In this document: piece after piece, positions 13,476 to 26,710 of the stretch
Numbering within the stretch: position 1 is the stretch's first letter
Layout of the letters: the number at the start of each line of letters is the position of its first letter
Source: Octopus vulgaris
Taxonomy: Eukaryota
Length of the DNA: 64,000 nt
Direction: 5' to 3'
NCBI GenBank assembly: GCA_951406725.2
Contig: OX597828.1
Location: 55,676,001 to 55,740,000 of the forward strand
The notes under the pieces: generated by a model
Database searches by the model: none
What the model was told of the DNA's origin: nothing
The model's input: the letters and a program-made list of their open reading frames with translations, nothing else
Program-made: the position numbers and the translations under genes

Positions 13476-14837
13476 TGACATTTATTGAGATGATATACTT
13501 AAGAAAGATTCTAATAATTAGTATATACTATAGTTAATGAGAATGATAATAATCGTGACAAAGGTCGTGTAGATATTGTTCTATCAGTGCTGCAATAATT
13601 GAGACTTAGTATCTGTGGTCTTGGTGGTGATGGGGAATGATAGAATGTAGTTGCCTTTTCCCTGTTTGTGAGTCATGATTGTGAAGACATATGATCAAAG
13701 ACATTCCTGTCTTGACCAGCTAGTCATTTTCCTAAGGATGTCTACAATTTCATAACACTATATGTTCATGTGGCCGCTTTTGAAAGACGTGTGTGATCTA
13801 GAGAAAAAATGGTTGATATTTCAACAGGGATGGTAGACTACATAAGTGATCCTTCGTTGGCTTGGATGTAACGACAAATATATATTGATAAATATACATT
13901 TGATAAATCTTATGACTGATACTCACGGTAGTTCAATGCCTGGTGAAGTAATAGGGGTTGGTGATGTTGGTTTTGGTGAAAGAGTGGATTTAATAGAAAG
14001 ATGATGGTCGTTTGGGTTGGTTAGTTGGTGGAAAACGGTAGAAAACAGGAAAATATGATGGTTGACAGAAAAATGATAGTAGACATGTGGAAGTTGTTGG
14101 CAAGCTTGTAAAAGCGTGATGAGAAACAGATGGAACTATAATAAATACTAAGCGAGTGGATCGACGGTAGTAGAATGATAGAAAGGGGTGGCAGGTTGGT
14201 TTGTGGAATACAATGGTAATCTGGATGGGGTGATAGCAGTAGAGTAGAAGAGAAGTATTGGTAAAGAAACCGAAAAATGCTAATAGCGCGGTAGAAAAAC
14301 GGTAGTAAGTTGGTAGAAAAATTATGGTAGAAGTTGCGAAAAGATGTTGGTGGATTTGTGACCGGTGGTGGTTGGTTGATGGAAATATTGCGACAAACTG
14401 ACGGAAATGTGTGGGTAACATAATAGGAAAGATAACAGAAGTTATGGAAAGTGGGTGGAAATAAAATATATATAAAATGAAGGGGTGGCGTATAAAGAGC
14501 ACCATTGTGTTTGTTGTACATTTGCTTTGTTTTTTTACCTTTCCTTCAAGTAATTCGTTTAGCACTCTTTATGTACGTACGTATGAATGTACATCTCTGA
14601 CTGTCAGTCGGTCGGCCTCTCTCTGTGTAACTATTTATCTATCTGACAGTCTGTCGTTTGTTCTATCTGTAGTGCCGTCTTACTATATGGGATCATTGAT
14701 ATGTTGCCTAGGGATTTCACATATCTGGGAGGTTGTGGCAATTCTGATCTACGTGTAATGTGGCTTGCGGTCTAGAAATAAATGCTCTAAGGACCAGTGC
14801 ACTGACTGCTTGGGACCTGTAATACTGCTAATCACCC

Positions 14838-14888
<51 letters not shown>

Positions 14889-15521
14889 TACATACATACA
14901 TACATACATACATACATACACATATATATATATATATATACAAACATGCAAACACACACACACACACACATATAAATACAAAATGGGACATATATACATT
15001 TATATATCATATCAAACACTTGGCACTCACGTCTACATACACAATGAGGAACACACGTCCACTAACTTTCTCGCATCCTGCTTACGATATTTGTTCAACC
15101 CACTCCCTCACTCTTTAGTCATCCCATCATGTATACAATTTTTCACATCCCTTCAATCCTCACTATCACTCGTTATTCATCTCATCATTGCTAGCTCTGA
15201 CAACTCAAACTCCTACCACTCCTACCACTTCTACCACTTCAAGTGATCGCTCTATTGCTACTACTCTTACTGACACCATTTCTCCTGCTGCACCTTCTAC
15301 CGCTTCTTCGACTATTCACACTGTTTCAGCTTCTCTTTCAATCACATTCCCCCGCTGCGTCTACCACTGCAACTTTCATATTCTTCTACTGCTACCTATA
15401 CCGCTATTTTCTACTCCCTTTCATCATTATTTCTCTCTGATTCCTTGTCATAGTTTTCCCCCACCTATCTGTCTTTGTATTTTCCTCTATGCTTCTCTCT
15501 TCCCCTCTCTCGCTCTCTCTC

Positions 15522-15583
<62 letters not shown>

Positions 15584-15700
15584 AACCTCTGTCCCTTGAA
15601 GCTTCTCGTTCACATTTTCGACCTTTTTGTCTCTAATTCTCCGTCATTTCCTTCTTAAACATTTTCTCCTTTCTCTTCCTCTCTCTCTTCCTGTCTTTTT

Positions 15701-15813
15701 CTAAACGTCTCTCTCTTCTCTCCTGCCTTTCTCTAAACGTCACTCTCTTGTCTCCCGTCTATCTCTAAACGGCTCTCTCTTGTCTCCCGTCTTTCTCTAA
15801 ACGGCTCTCTCTT
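15701..15813. repeat. 32-bp pyrimidine-rich minisatellite, 3.5 copies
   Basis: CTAAAC recurs at 15701, 15733, 15765 and 15797; unit ~CTAAACGGCTCTCTCTTGTCTCCCGTCTTTCT. Confidence 0.9.
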
Positions 15814-16044
15814 ACCTATGGCTCTCTTTCTCTCATTGTTTTGTTTTCATTTCAACAATTAACCATCGGATCAATGAATCAATCAATTCATCTAACCATC
15901 TGTCTGTCTGTCTGGCAATCTCTACCTGTCTGCCTGTCTATCTGTCAAGTTACACTTTCAATTCATATGTATGTATTTGCGTGTGCGTATATTTCTATGT
16001 GCATACGTGTGTGTATGTCTACGTGTGTCCGTGCACGTGTGTGC

Positions 16045-16076
<32 letters not shown>

Positions 16077-16790
16077 TATATAATATATATAAATATATAT
16101 ATATACATGTATATACATACACACACACACATATATACACATGTATATACATACATACATACATACATATATATATAGTTGTAAGTACATACAGGTATGT
16201 GGGTTTGTACACACACATACACACACACACGAACACATGTTTTGTTTCTCACTCTCTTCCTCCACCCCTCTCTCTTATTCAGTGAACTGCTGTAACATTT
16301 AATTGAAACCATTTATATGATAATCTATTTCCAATGTTAAGATTATGCGTGTGTGTGTGTGTATGCATATGAATACTATTTTCTAAATTTATACGCCTGG
16401 GCAATTCATATTATTCATCACATTTCATTTCTTATTATACAAAATACCCAAGACCATATAATTTTCAATTCGCTGTTGCATATATCTTCATATTTTTCAA
16501 CGTAGTCAAAGTAGGATAGCTGTTCTGACGACGCCTATGAAGAAAGAAACACTTCTCCACAACTGGCCACGTATCTATTCTAGATTACACTCTTGTTTTG
16601 AGATCACCCATTCCCCTACTTCGGCGACGGTTGTAATTGCAACTAGACTTTGATTACCTTCACTTGAAACAAAGTTAATTTCATAAATAAAAAATTCAAT
16701 GAATGTTGTATTGTATTAGTACACTCTCATTTCGTTTCTGTTCAATTGTATACTCCTGTGTAGTTTGTGTCATTTCTCCACAATTATATA

Positions 16791-16826
<36 letters not shown>

Positions 16827-16884
16827 TGTATGTATGTATGTATGTATGTATGTATGTATGTATGTAGGTATATAATTTGTATGT

Positions 16885-17035
16885 GTGTGCATTTGTAAGT
16901 CTGTATGTATCCCCACCTCCATTGATACACAATGGAAGTCGGTGTGTTTACGTTCCTGTAACTTAACGGTTCGACTAAAGGCGGTGATCCAAAATGGCTG
17001 CAGTCAAATAACTGAAACAAGTAAAAGAATAAAAG
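16885..17035 (+). mobile_element. SINE family A 3' part with internal deletion
   Basis: GGTGTGTTTACGTTCCTGTAACTTAACGGTTCG joined directly to ACTAAAGGCGGTG...GAAACAAGTAAAAGAATAAAAG. Confidence 0.8.
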
Positions 17036-17145
17036 TATATGACAGTGTATAATAAATTATTTATGTCTACACTATGCATTCTACGCATTCTACGCATTAT
17101 ACAGTACAGTTGTGCAGTTCTATATTCAAGAGATGAGGAATTATG

Positions 17146-17236
17146 TACATTATTTACATTTGACGGATATTTGTCCTCGTCTTGTGTCAACAGCAAACAA
17201 GATGAGGACAAATATCCGTCAAATGTAAATAATGTA
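17146..17236. repeat. 40-bp inverted repeat with 11-nt spacer
   Basis: Arms 17146-17185 and 17197-17236 differ at one position (G.U pair in RNA). Confidence 0.95.
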
Positions 17237-17309
17237 AATAGAGTGCAATTGTATATTTACAAATCAGTGCAGAGAAAGAAGCATTTCATAAAATTAAGAT
17301 ATTTATATT

Positions 17310-17500
17310 GCCTTCAAATTTTGGCGCAAGGTCAGCTAGATGTAATTCGATTACATCGACCTCATTACTCAACCGGTGTTCGTTTTATCACCTTTCAAAG
17401 AACGGAAGACAAATGTCAATCTCGATAGAATTTGAACTCGGAACGTAATGACGGGAGGAATGCCGCTAAGCATTTTGCCCAGCATGCTTCCGACTCCGCC
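17310..17500 (-). mobile_element. Older SINE family B copy
   Basis: GAATTTGAACTCGGAACGTAATGACGG...GCCGCTAAGCATTTTGCCCAGCATGCT. Confidence 0.75.
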
Positions 17501-17814
17501 ATGGTACTGCTTTATTAATGTAAAAAGGTTTATACTAAAATCTGGTTTGATGTTTACACTGATATGCATTAAACACATTGTATTCATGCAGGAATTGCCA
17601 CTGGTTCACATTCATGTAGCGTTGATCTTCATGTTAATCCCACCCTCAACAACAACAACAACCACCATCATCACAACCATCACCACCACCACCAAATGTC
17701 ATAGGTAACCAGTACCTAGAGGCTGTCTGGGTGGCTCATTGAATGCATTTTGAAGACCATCGGTTAGTCATTTTGTAGGTTTGTGTATTTTGAGTAATAT
17801 TATAACTTGACAGT

Positions 17815-18020
17815 AAGATGGCGAGCTTGAGAACCGTTAGCCCGTGCAGGAAATGCCTAGCCCTGTTTATTCCGGCTTTACTTTCTCAGTTCAAATTCCT
17901 CCGAGGTCGAGTTTGCCGCTTATGATCGATACAGTTGAACACGGGGGTAGAAGTGAATATAACTGGCGCGACCCCTACTCCAAAGCATCAGGCCTTGGTG
18001 CGTTTGAGAGAAAGAATTAT
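17815..18020 (+). mobile_element. Degenerate SINE family B copy
   Basis: GGCGAGCTTG...AGTTCAAATTCCTCCGAGGTCGAGTTTGCC. Confidence 0.65.
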
Positions 18021-18124
18021 TAAGTGGCATTTCTACAGAAATGCCGAGTGTTGGTTACACAATGCTGTTGACTGTGTCATAATTTGAAGTAGTTTGAGAG
18101 AATCGTTACGGAGTCGAACAAAAT

Positions 18125-18400
18125 AGGTCACGGTATTTGTTCAAGCTTTTTACAAGTGTACGATATTTCGACATCTCGTGTGTCCTCCACGCTCTTTCCA
18201 TAGAATTTGCATTTCTGGGTGTCAGAAGATTTAAAGATATTGCACTTCACTGAAAAGGTAGCGAGAGTCTGATCTTGTGCATCAATGATCACGCTTTCGA
18301 CTGTATGCTTCAAATCACCTCGCTCAAGCCATGCTCACAATGCTGTATTATCCTAAACGTCCTGTGTATTAACCTTGAAAGATACCCCTTTTAATATTAA
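18125..18400 (-). pseudogene. R4/Dong-like non-LTR retrotransposon fragment (zinc-knuckle region)
   Basis: Minus translation AWLERGDLKHTVESVIIDAQDQTLAT...QKCKFYGKSVEDTRDVEISYTCKKL resembles the WL..G.LK.ETE..I.AAQDQ.L.T...CR.C...E...H....C..L block of RLE-type LINEs. Confidence 0.65.
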
Positions 18401-18675
18401 CTTCTCCAAGGAAGACATTACTTGAATGCAATTTGGTTTTCAACTCTTTCATGCTAGGCATCAGAAAATTTGTGATGTTGTCAACAACACCAAACATCTG
18501 CAGTCATTCAATGATCGAAAAATGCAACACCATATTATATGCCTTCTTAAAGTCAATCCAAGCCATAGACATGATGTTTTTTACAATGCCTCAAAATTGT
18601 TTTATCGAAAACCAGATGATCCTAGGAAATTGTATGTCTTTGCTGTACATATTCCAGTTATCATCATCATCATCG

Positions 18676-18739
<64 letters not shown>

Positions 18740-18740
18740 T

Positions 18741-19350
18741 AAGGCGGCGAATTAGCAGAATCGTCTATCTTTATGTTCTGAGTTGAAATTCCGCCGAGGT
18801 CAAGTTTACGTTGCTTCCTTTTGAGGTCGGTAATGTAAGTATCAGTTGAACACTGGTTTCGATATAATCGACTTATCCCCTCCCGTTCAATTACTGGATT
18901 TGGGCCAAAATTTGAAATCTTAGGTGTGTTATCAGGGAATTTAGAAAATCACGAAAAATGTCATGCGGTGTCTTCAATGTTTGACGTTCAAATCCCGATG
19001 AAATCAATATTGCCATTTCTTTCTTCGGATTCGATAAATTAATGTATCAGTCTAGTGAAAACGTCTTCTCGAAATTGCTGGCCTTGTGACTGAACCAGTA
19101 GTGGTTATTATCTATGGACTGGCGGAATCGTTAGATCGACAAAAAAAAAAGACAAACAAAAGGAAAAGGGAAGACATCTGCCTCATAAGAATTTGTTCTT
19201 ACTCATTATGCTCTGAGTTTAAATCCTGCCGTGGTCAGCTTGACCTCTTATCTAAGCAGAATGGTGCAATAAAGTACCAGTGAAGAAAAAGAGGTTGATA
19301 GTAACCACCTAAATATTTCCTACGTAATCCAGCTTTGCGTTTGAATCAGG
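18741..19350 (+). mobile_element. Cluster of ~3 degenerate SINE family B copies following (ATT)n
   Basis: AAGGCGGCGAATTAGCAGAATCG...TTCCGCCGAGGTC (18741); TTCAAATCCCGATGAAATC..TTCGATAAATT (~18985); CTGGCGGAATCGTTAG..CTGAGTTTAAATCCTGCC (~19120). Confidence 0.65.
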
Positions 19351-19841
19351 GCCCAGTATTTTGTTTCTGGAAACTTCCTATATCCTTTCCCACACGTCTC
19401 CCATTCTTGTCCATATCTGTTTATATAACACCTCACAGAAATTGCTGATCGTCCTTGTAATACCCACGTGGCACTACAATGACATTTTACAATGTTATGC
19501 CCCTGTGGGATATAAAAGAAATGATTATTATTATGTCAATATCTCCTTTAGTCAATAAGGAATTAAAGATATTAATAGATACTGCATCGTAACTGCTAAT
19601 TCAACAATAATAGAAATATAATAAGGACAATCATTAACAATGATAGCAAAACAGCTGGAGGTATTGTGTGAGAATGAAAATAAATATATCAGTTTTTAAT
19701 TGGTACCTTCTTTAAGTTTCAGTCGAATCATATTACATGACATCTTGGGCCGCTTATAATACCAGCTTCACAAAAAGATGATAAAACACACAACATGTAT
19801 GTATGTATGTGTTTGTATGTGTCTGTCTGTCTGTCTGTTCG

Positions 19842-19934
<93 letters not shown>

Positions 19935-20396
19935 TTATCTAGCTATCTATACGCAAACATACATACATACATACATACATACATACATACATACATGCAT
20001 ATATATATATATATATATACTATATTAACATCGAAAAGGGATCTGCTTCCTCTAGATTAGTACTTGTATAGGAGCCACATTAGGAGATTAAAAAAAGATA
20101 ACAGCAATAACCTTAAACCACCGGGACATATAAATTACCGTGCAACTTGTGGTGGAGTAAATATCCTCAGGGAGTTCGTTCATAGAGTACTGGTTTATCG
20201 ATTCCCCATCGATATACGCTAGTGAAAGATGCGCACATATATGCATACATGCGCCCCCCCCCCCCACGCAAGCACACTCATACACACATATATACATTCA
20301 TACACGCATACATACATACATACATACATACATACATGCATACACAGATACACAAGTATACGAACATATACATTCTCTACACGCAAACACTTGCAC

Positions 20397-20456
<60 letters not shown>

Positions 20457-20789
20457 TGCATACCTACATACTCAATGCCCGGGAAAAAATTTCTAGGAAT
20501 TGCATATTATCTCGGACAGAGTTTACCATTCTGCTGGAATATAATGTAATTGCAAAAGATCATATGAGTTGGCAAATTCTTCAGAATATCCGGTGTTGTT
20601 TTAGAGTTTGTGGCTGTACCTTCAAGCATTATCCACATGAACAGCTGATTCAAGACAACCGCTTTTCTGAGCATCATAGTTGATCTGTATTGCTTGTTTC
20701 ATGTGTCTGATGGACAATGCCTGAAAGGGGCATTTGCCAGTGGTTTTAGTCAATGTTCTTTAAGCCGGGTGATGATCTTTGTAATATTG

Positions 20790-20995
20790 TTTCAAATTAT
20801 GACACAAGTTCAGTAATCTCAGAGAAGCGAATAAGTCGATTACAGCAACCCTAGTGTTTAACTATTTTATCGACCCCAAAAGGATAAAAATCAAAGCTGA
20901 CCATAGCGGAATTTGAACTCAGGTCGTAAAGACGGACGAAATGCTACTGAGGATTTTGTTCGGTATGCTGACGATTCTGCCAGCTGGTCGCCTTA
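20790..20995 (-). mobile_element. Older SINE family B copy
   Basis: TTTTATCGACCCCAAAAGGAT...GGAATTTGAACTCAG...GATTCTGCCAGCTGGTCGCCTT. Confidence 0.8.
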
Positions 20996-21159
20996 ATAAT
21001 CTACGTAAAATTGAGGAGTAAACTCCTCCTCTACTTTTCATATAACTATTTCAGAGACCAGCTTTCACACTGTAGATATAAAAACCCTAGGTCATTCCTT
21101 ATCCGCCGCAGCTGTCATCCTAGACATTCCAAATCATCATGATTGACATTAGTCAATAA

Positions 21160-21329
21160 TGTTTTCTACTCTAAGCACAAATATTTCAATGTTTCACTTA
21201 ATTTATTGTCCCCGAAAGGATGAAAGGCAAATTTGAACTCAGAACATGGCGACGGATGAAATAGGGCTAAGCGGGTGAAATAGGGCATTTCGTCCAGCGT
21301 GTTAACGATTCTGCCAGCTCACCACCTTA
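21160..21329 (-). mobile_element. SINE family B copy with deletions
   Basis: CCCCGAAAGGATGAAAGGCAAA...GATTCTGCCAGCTCACCACCTT. Confidence 0.75.
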
Positions 21330-21715
21330 ATAATAATAATAATAATAATAATGAGAAGTAGAAGAAGAAGAAGAAGAAGAAGAAGAAGAAGAAGAAGAAG
21401 AAGAAGAAGAAGAAGAAGAAGAAGAAGAAGAAATTAGAGAAAAAGAAGGAGACGGAAAAGAAAGCAAGTAAGGAGGAGGAGGAGGAGGAAAACATTGAGA
21501 TGAAGAAGGCAAAGAATGAGACGAAGATCAGGGAGAAAAAGAAGAAGGAGGAGGAGGAGGGGGACAAAAAGAATGAGACGAAGAAGACAGGGAAGGAGAA
21601 GCAGTAGGAAAAGAAGGAGACGGAGAAGAAGAAGACAGGCAAAGAGAAGAAGGAGAGGTAGGAGGAGGAGAGGAAGACGAAGAAGAAGTGGACGGAGGCA
21701 GAGGAGGATAAGTAT
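21329..21715. repeat. (AAT)n, pure (GAA)n and degenerate GAG/GAA purine tract
   Basis: (GAA)n at ~21361-21433 grading into GA-rich triplets. Confidence 0.92.
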
Positions 21716-22402
21716 AGGAATAATAATCAATTCTTATAATAATATAAAATGTATTGTCCAATAATAGTAAAATGTGCGATATTTCTTCCGAAAATCAGTT
21801 AAGCTGACAATAATGGTTTAATCGATGTAATCCTATGTACTTTAGGCCGGATTAGGGAACGCAGCTAAAAGTCGGAAATATGGCTGCTGTTGCTGTTGTT
21901 ATAATGTTGGAACATACAACGACGGAATCGACATGATTCTTCGTCTCGATTTCTTATTTCCTCTCTTTCTCCTGTCTCTCATTCTCCTTCTTCTTCTCTA
22001 CACATTTCTTGGTCTCCGAGTCATTCTTTAACTCATTTTGCTTCTCTATGCTTCTATGCTAGACTGTATGACTGAAAGATATCTTTCGATCTAAACTTAT
22101 TTATTTATTGGTGACGCGACACGGCATAGAGGCCAAGGAACTTTTCTAGATAGATATATTACAGTGTTTATATTAGGGATTCTCTTTCTGTAGCAAAACA
22201 TTGCAGTGATAAGCTCTCGCTTAATCACATCGTCGGAGGTCGGAGTAGTTAAGTCCTGTCACTATATAACTTTGACCACTGGTCTTCAATATTATACAGG
22301 GAATCCACTTCGCCTATACAAACATACATGCATACATACATAATACATATATACATACATACATACATACGTACATATATACACACACACACACACACAC
22401 AT

Positions 22403-22434
<32 letters not shown>

Positions 22435-22530
22435 GTATATATAGGAAAGGAAAAATTATAAAAGAAGAAAAAATAATAAATCAAACCAGCTTCATTGCAA
22501 GGCAAATTGTCAAGATTTGGAAGGGAGAAA

Positions 22531-22607
<77 letters not shown>

Positions 22608-22906
22608 ATAGAAGCTAACGGAAGGAATAGCTAGTGACTGACTACAAGATATTTTACTGCTACTGCTGTTGTTGAATATCAGATATCCTCTATCTTCACT
22701 CTTTGCTATAATACTGCCTGGATTTACTTAGGATTTTACCAAAGAACATACGGACTAGCATCCATACCCTTGGAAATGTGAAATTTTTTCCTTATTTCCT
22801 TAATTTTTACTCTTCTATTTCATTGATTATTATCTGTGAATTTTCGATGTCTAGATCTCTTATCTGATTCTTTCCATGTCTCCACCCTTCGAATTTTTTC
22901 TATTTT

Positions 22907-22980
22907 TCTCTGATGACGGAATACCCCATATTCAGGCATACTCGCCTAACACTTGGTTTATCCCAGAAACAGCTCTAAGA
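22907..22980 (+). ncRNA. Type I hammerhead-like motif with mutated cleavage triplet
   Basis: TCT-CTGATGA-C-GGAATA...TATCCC-A-GAAAC-AGCT-CTA-AGA (GTA expected). Confidence 0.5.
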
Positions 22981-24828
22981 CCTCAACTAATTTAATAATA
23001 ATAATTTATATGACATGAGATGCTTGTTTTGCCTTGGTGGTTGTTGTGCTCTTTCACAAATATATATAAATAAATCAGGATATATGCACGTATATGACCG
23101 GCTAGATAGACATGTCCACCGGGAAATACGTAGACTTATTAAATCTGATATATAATATCCGATCTCTGACAATAGCATGGTTACTAAATTCTGAAATTTG
23201 CTTGACAAATCTGATCAAATACAATCGTCCAGGCATCATTATTAAAGACGAGATAAAAATATCTCTGGTCTGTAGCAGCTACAACTATATGAATGCTAAT
23301 AAAAAAGAGAAAAAAATCTACTTTCGACCGAGCATGTGTAAAAACTACCGCAGAGCAAATACAAGCAGCTCGTTGAACTAAACAATATATTGACTATGAG
23401 CATAAAATGAATAACTTTAATAATCGCAGTGGGTTTGATAGAAACCAGTATAAGCAATAATATAATTTCCTCACGTGTCTACGGTTTTACACAATATAAG
23501 CAATAAGCAGATACTTCATTCAGTAACACATCTCACGCAATATATATTCCACACATCACAGCAAGACTACTATAAATGATTTAACAACAAATATATTCAT
23601 TAGTAGGTTCTAAAGCGTCTCCCAAGTGGTTCAACTATAGCCACAGTTTGAATCGCCATAACACTCCTCAAAATGGATTTTTAACATAATGCTCCTGTAA
23701 TATTTTGGTGGAGTGAAAGTGAAAAATGTTGAGATCTTTATCCATTAATAAGGTCAATCGATACGAGTGAAGTCGAATGGTTCCAATTCGAAATCTCACA
23801 TGGTTCGTATTTGCGCTTGCCAGCAGTGCATGAAACGTTGAAGAATTATTGCACAAGACAGATATCATCTCTTATTCCATTGTGTGTGTAGACCTCTAAT
23901 TCATGATGTAGAGAAAGATCATCGTACTCATCTATATGGCAATGATCAAAATGGATGCATCCAACTGAGGGATCAATGTCATACATAAAATAAGCGTTTA
24001 TCAAACAACATGGGTGGCATTGATCTTGTAAACTCTAACTGAAGCAGATTGCGCATTCCTTATCTTGTGGAACCAATCACCACACACTTGCTCTAACTAG
24101 TTAGAACTATAAAGCTGCTTGTTTAGCAATTCACACATCTAGAATTTGACCTGAACATTTCACATCTAATAATTTCAGTTCGACAGAGAAAATTAGCATA
24201 CATAATTTCGATTATTTTGCTTTTCACCATTTTGTGATCTAAATACCAGCAACCTCACCAAGAAGATGAGAGTGTTTCACTCACTCTGCTGGAAATAGAA
24301 GCTAGATCTCCCGTGGATCTTTTCAGAACTTAAATTACAAGATGGACACATTAGAAGGTACAGGAATGTGTCTTTCCATTAATTACGTTTTGGGGGAAAT
24401 TCTACGGGGGATTTGACTATTATTTAGGAAAGGGTGATGGACGCTCTCTCATTCTCTAGAAGAGGCTGTTGTTATTAGCAACACAACCAAAAAATGGAGA
24501 TAAGCAGAGCAGTTCTAAATTTTATTGATTATTTTTATTTTTGTGGAAATGAAAATGAAGGCATATGTTTCAGATATCTTTAAAGTGACGGTAGAAATGT
24601 TTCAGACCCTGCGCATTGCAACCGAGTGTTTGATATTCAAAGATCGAGAATACCTGATGCTAAACGGCAGCAACAACAGTAAACACCTCTTGTAGACACT
24701 CATTAGCTACACCTTCCCTTTAGTTAGCTTGTTACTAATGCTTGCTTTTCGCTAGGTCCTTATGAATGATTCCTTATTGTTAATGACTGTTCTCTACTTG
24801 ATATTTATTCCACGTTAGTTAATATATA

Positions 24829-25129
24829 AAATGATGAACGTCGCCCTTCTCAAGCCTAGCCAGGCTCATGGAACCGGTTTCCCGGTTTCTGTGGCGTATG
24901 CGTTCCTTCCAGCTGGACGGGGCCCCAGTCCATCGCAGCGTTACTCAAGAAACAGAAAGAGAGAGTGAGAGAAAGTTGTGGCGAAAGAGTACAACAGGGG
25001 TCGCCACCAACCCCTGTCGGAGCCTCGTGGAGCTTTTAGGTGTTTTCGCTCAATAAACACACACAACACCCGGTCTGGGAATCGAAACCGCGAGTCCCTG
25101 CCCTAACCACTGGGTCATTGCGCCTCCAC
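24829..25129 (-). mobile_element. SINE family C (tRNA head + V-domain-like segment) with 12-bp TSD
   Basis: Minus strand GTGGAGGCGCAATGACCCAGTGGTTAGGG...GTTTCGATTCCC...GCTGCGATGGACTGG..CCCGTCCAG; TSD AGTTAATATATA at 24817-24828 and 25130-25141. Confidence 0.9.
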
Positions 25130-26414
25130 AGTTAATATATATTGATAGCTTATAAGCAGGTCATTATTGCTATGTCATTATTGATTGATAATTGTTAGGT
25201 CATTAGTGATGCTTGTTAATGTTTGGTCCCTGTTGATAATTGTTCATTATTAGCTACTAACTGGCGATTGTTCATAGCTAAATTATTATTGATGATTGCC
25301 GAATTTAAACACTCTCTCCTCACAAAAATTTTCTATAATTTACCATTCCTGTGAAAATAAAGGCCAAACGATTAAATACTCTTAAATTTCTACAATAGCA
25401 AGAACAGCGAACTAACTTTTGAAAATCTGAAATCTTGTTCCAATGTTTATAGCTAACATGTTTATAGCTAACATAGGCAACAACCGGATGGTGCGGAAAG
25501 AAAACTTGTTAAATCGTTTGTAACACCGTTATATGTTCATAAAATAAGCTCACCAAGAAAGTCTATTTGAACGAAAGAACTAGATGTTCTGTATTCGAAT
25601 TTGTATTACACCTGCCCCACACTTTTAATGACAACAGAATAAAGAAAAAAATTATTCAATCATTCATTAGATTGACTTAGAAAAATGAACTATAGAATAT
25701 GATTTTCTCGTCGTTTTTCACGTCCATAACAAACAACCTATGTACGAGTCAAATTCTTACTGTATTAGACATATTGTAATTTCGTAAGATGACGACTATT
25801 CCATTGACCCTGTTCGTATTACAGTTGTCAGACTTCAGACTTCCGTAGTTACCTTCGAACTATGGAAGACCTCACATATTGGTCTGGTGGAATGCGTTAC
25901 TATTTGAAGATTTCAGTTCGTGGTGTGCTAACACTTTTGCTATGATATAATCTTTTGTTGACAATTGATATAAACTGTGGAATTTTTGTAGTTATTTCAA
26001 AAAGTACCTTCATTGTATCATCTCTACAGATTTCCATTTCTGCAAATTCTCATCAACTTTCTGAACTAGTACCCTATATCAATACCTTTAAAATTGTCAC
26101 CTCATTTTCTTTCCAGGTGCATCGTTTGTCAGTTGACTTTTCTGTTAGCCATAAATCTTTTCTTTCTCTTAACTGTTTTTACTCGAACTGCTGCTCCCTG
26201 GAACCCATTATTTCATTTTCTTCTAGACAGAGATATTCAGATCTTTAAGCTCTCTCTCGATGGATATCTTTAGAATGTAGTACACTTCGGTTTTTGAAAT
26301 CCTTTAAGATACAATAACCGTAAATCTTATTTGGGACAAAATCGTAATCGTATCGATATATATATAAGGCACATACTATCAGGTATTATGTAAAATTAAC
26401 GATGCCCATAGCAT

Positions 26415-26710
26415 GCCTGTGGACGTTAGAGCAGCAGACTCCTGGTCGAGGGATCGTGGGTTCAAATCTAAGACCGGGCGATGTGTGTGTTTATGAGCGA
26501 AACACCTAAGCTCCACACGGCTCCGGCAGAAGGTAATGGCGAAACTTCTGCTGACTCTTTCGCCACAACTTTCTCTCACTCTTTCCTCCTGCATCTTGCA
26601 GCTCACCTGCGACGGACCGGCGTCCCGTCCAGGTGGGGAACCTATACGCCAAGGAAACCGGGGAACCGTCCTTATGAGCCAGGCATGGCTCGAGAAGGAA
26701 AAAACAAACA
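26415..26710 (+). mobile_element. SINE family C variant
   Basis: GTTAGAGCAGCAGACTC...GGTTCAAATC...CCTGCGACGGACCGGCGTCCCGTCCAGG...GGCTCGAGAAGG; imperfect TSD CATAGCA. Confidence 0.88.

Noticed and set aside
13990-14565. 191-aa and 166-aa minus-strand ORFs
   Set aside because: Arise from biased cryptic repeat composition; no recognisable domain.
16520-16560. CTGACGA...GAAAC
   Set aside because: No pairing helices or cleavage triplet.
23215-23250. KYNRPGIIIKD resembling the RLE NRPD motif
   Set aside because: Too short, with no flanking similarity.
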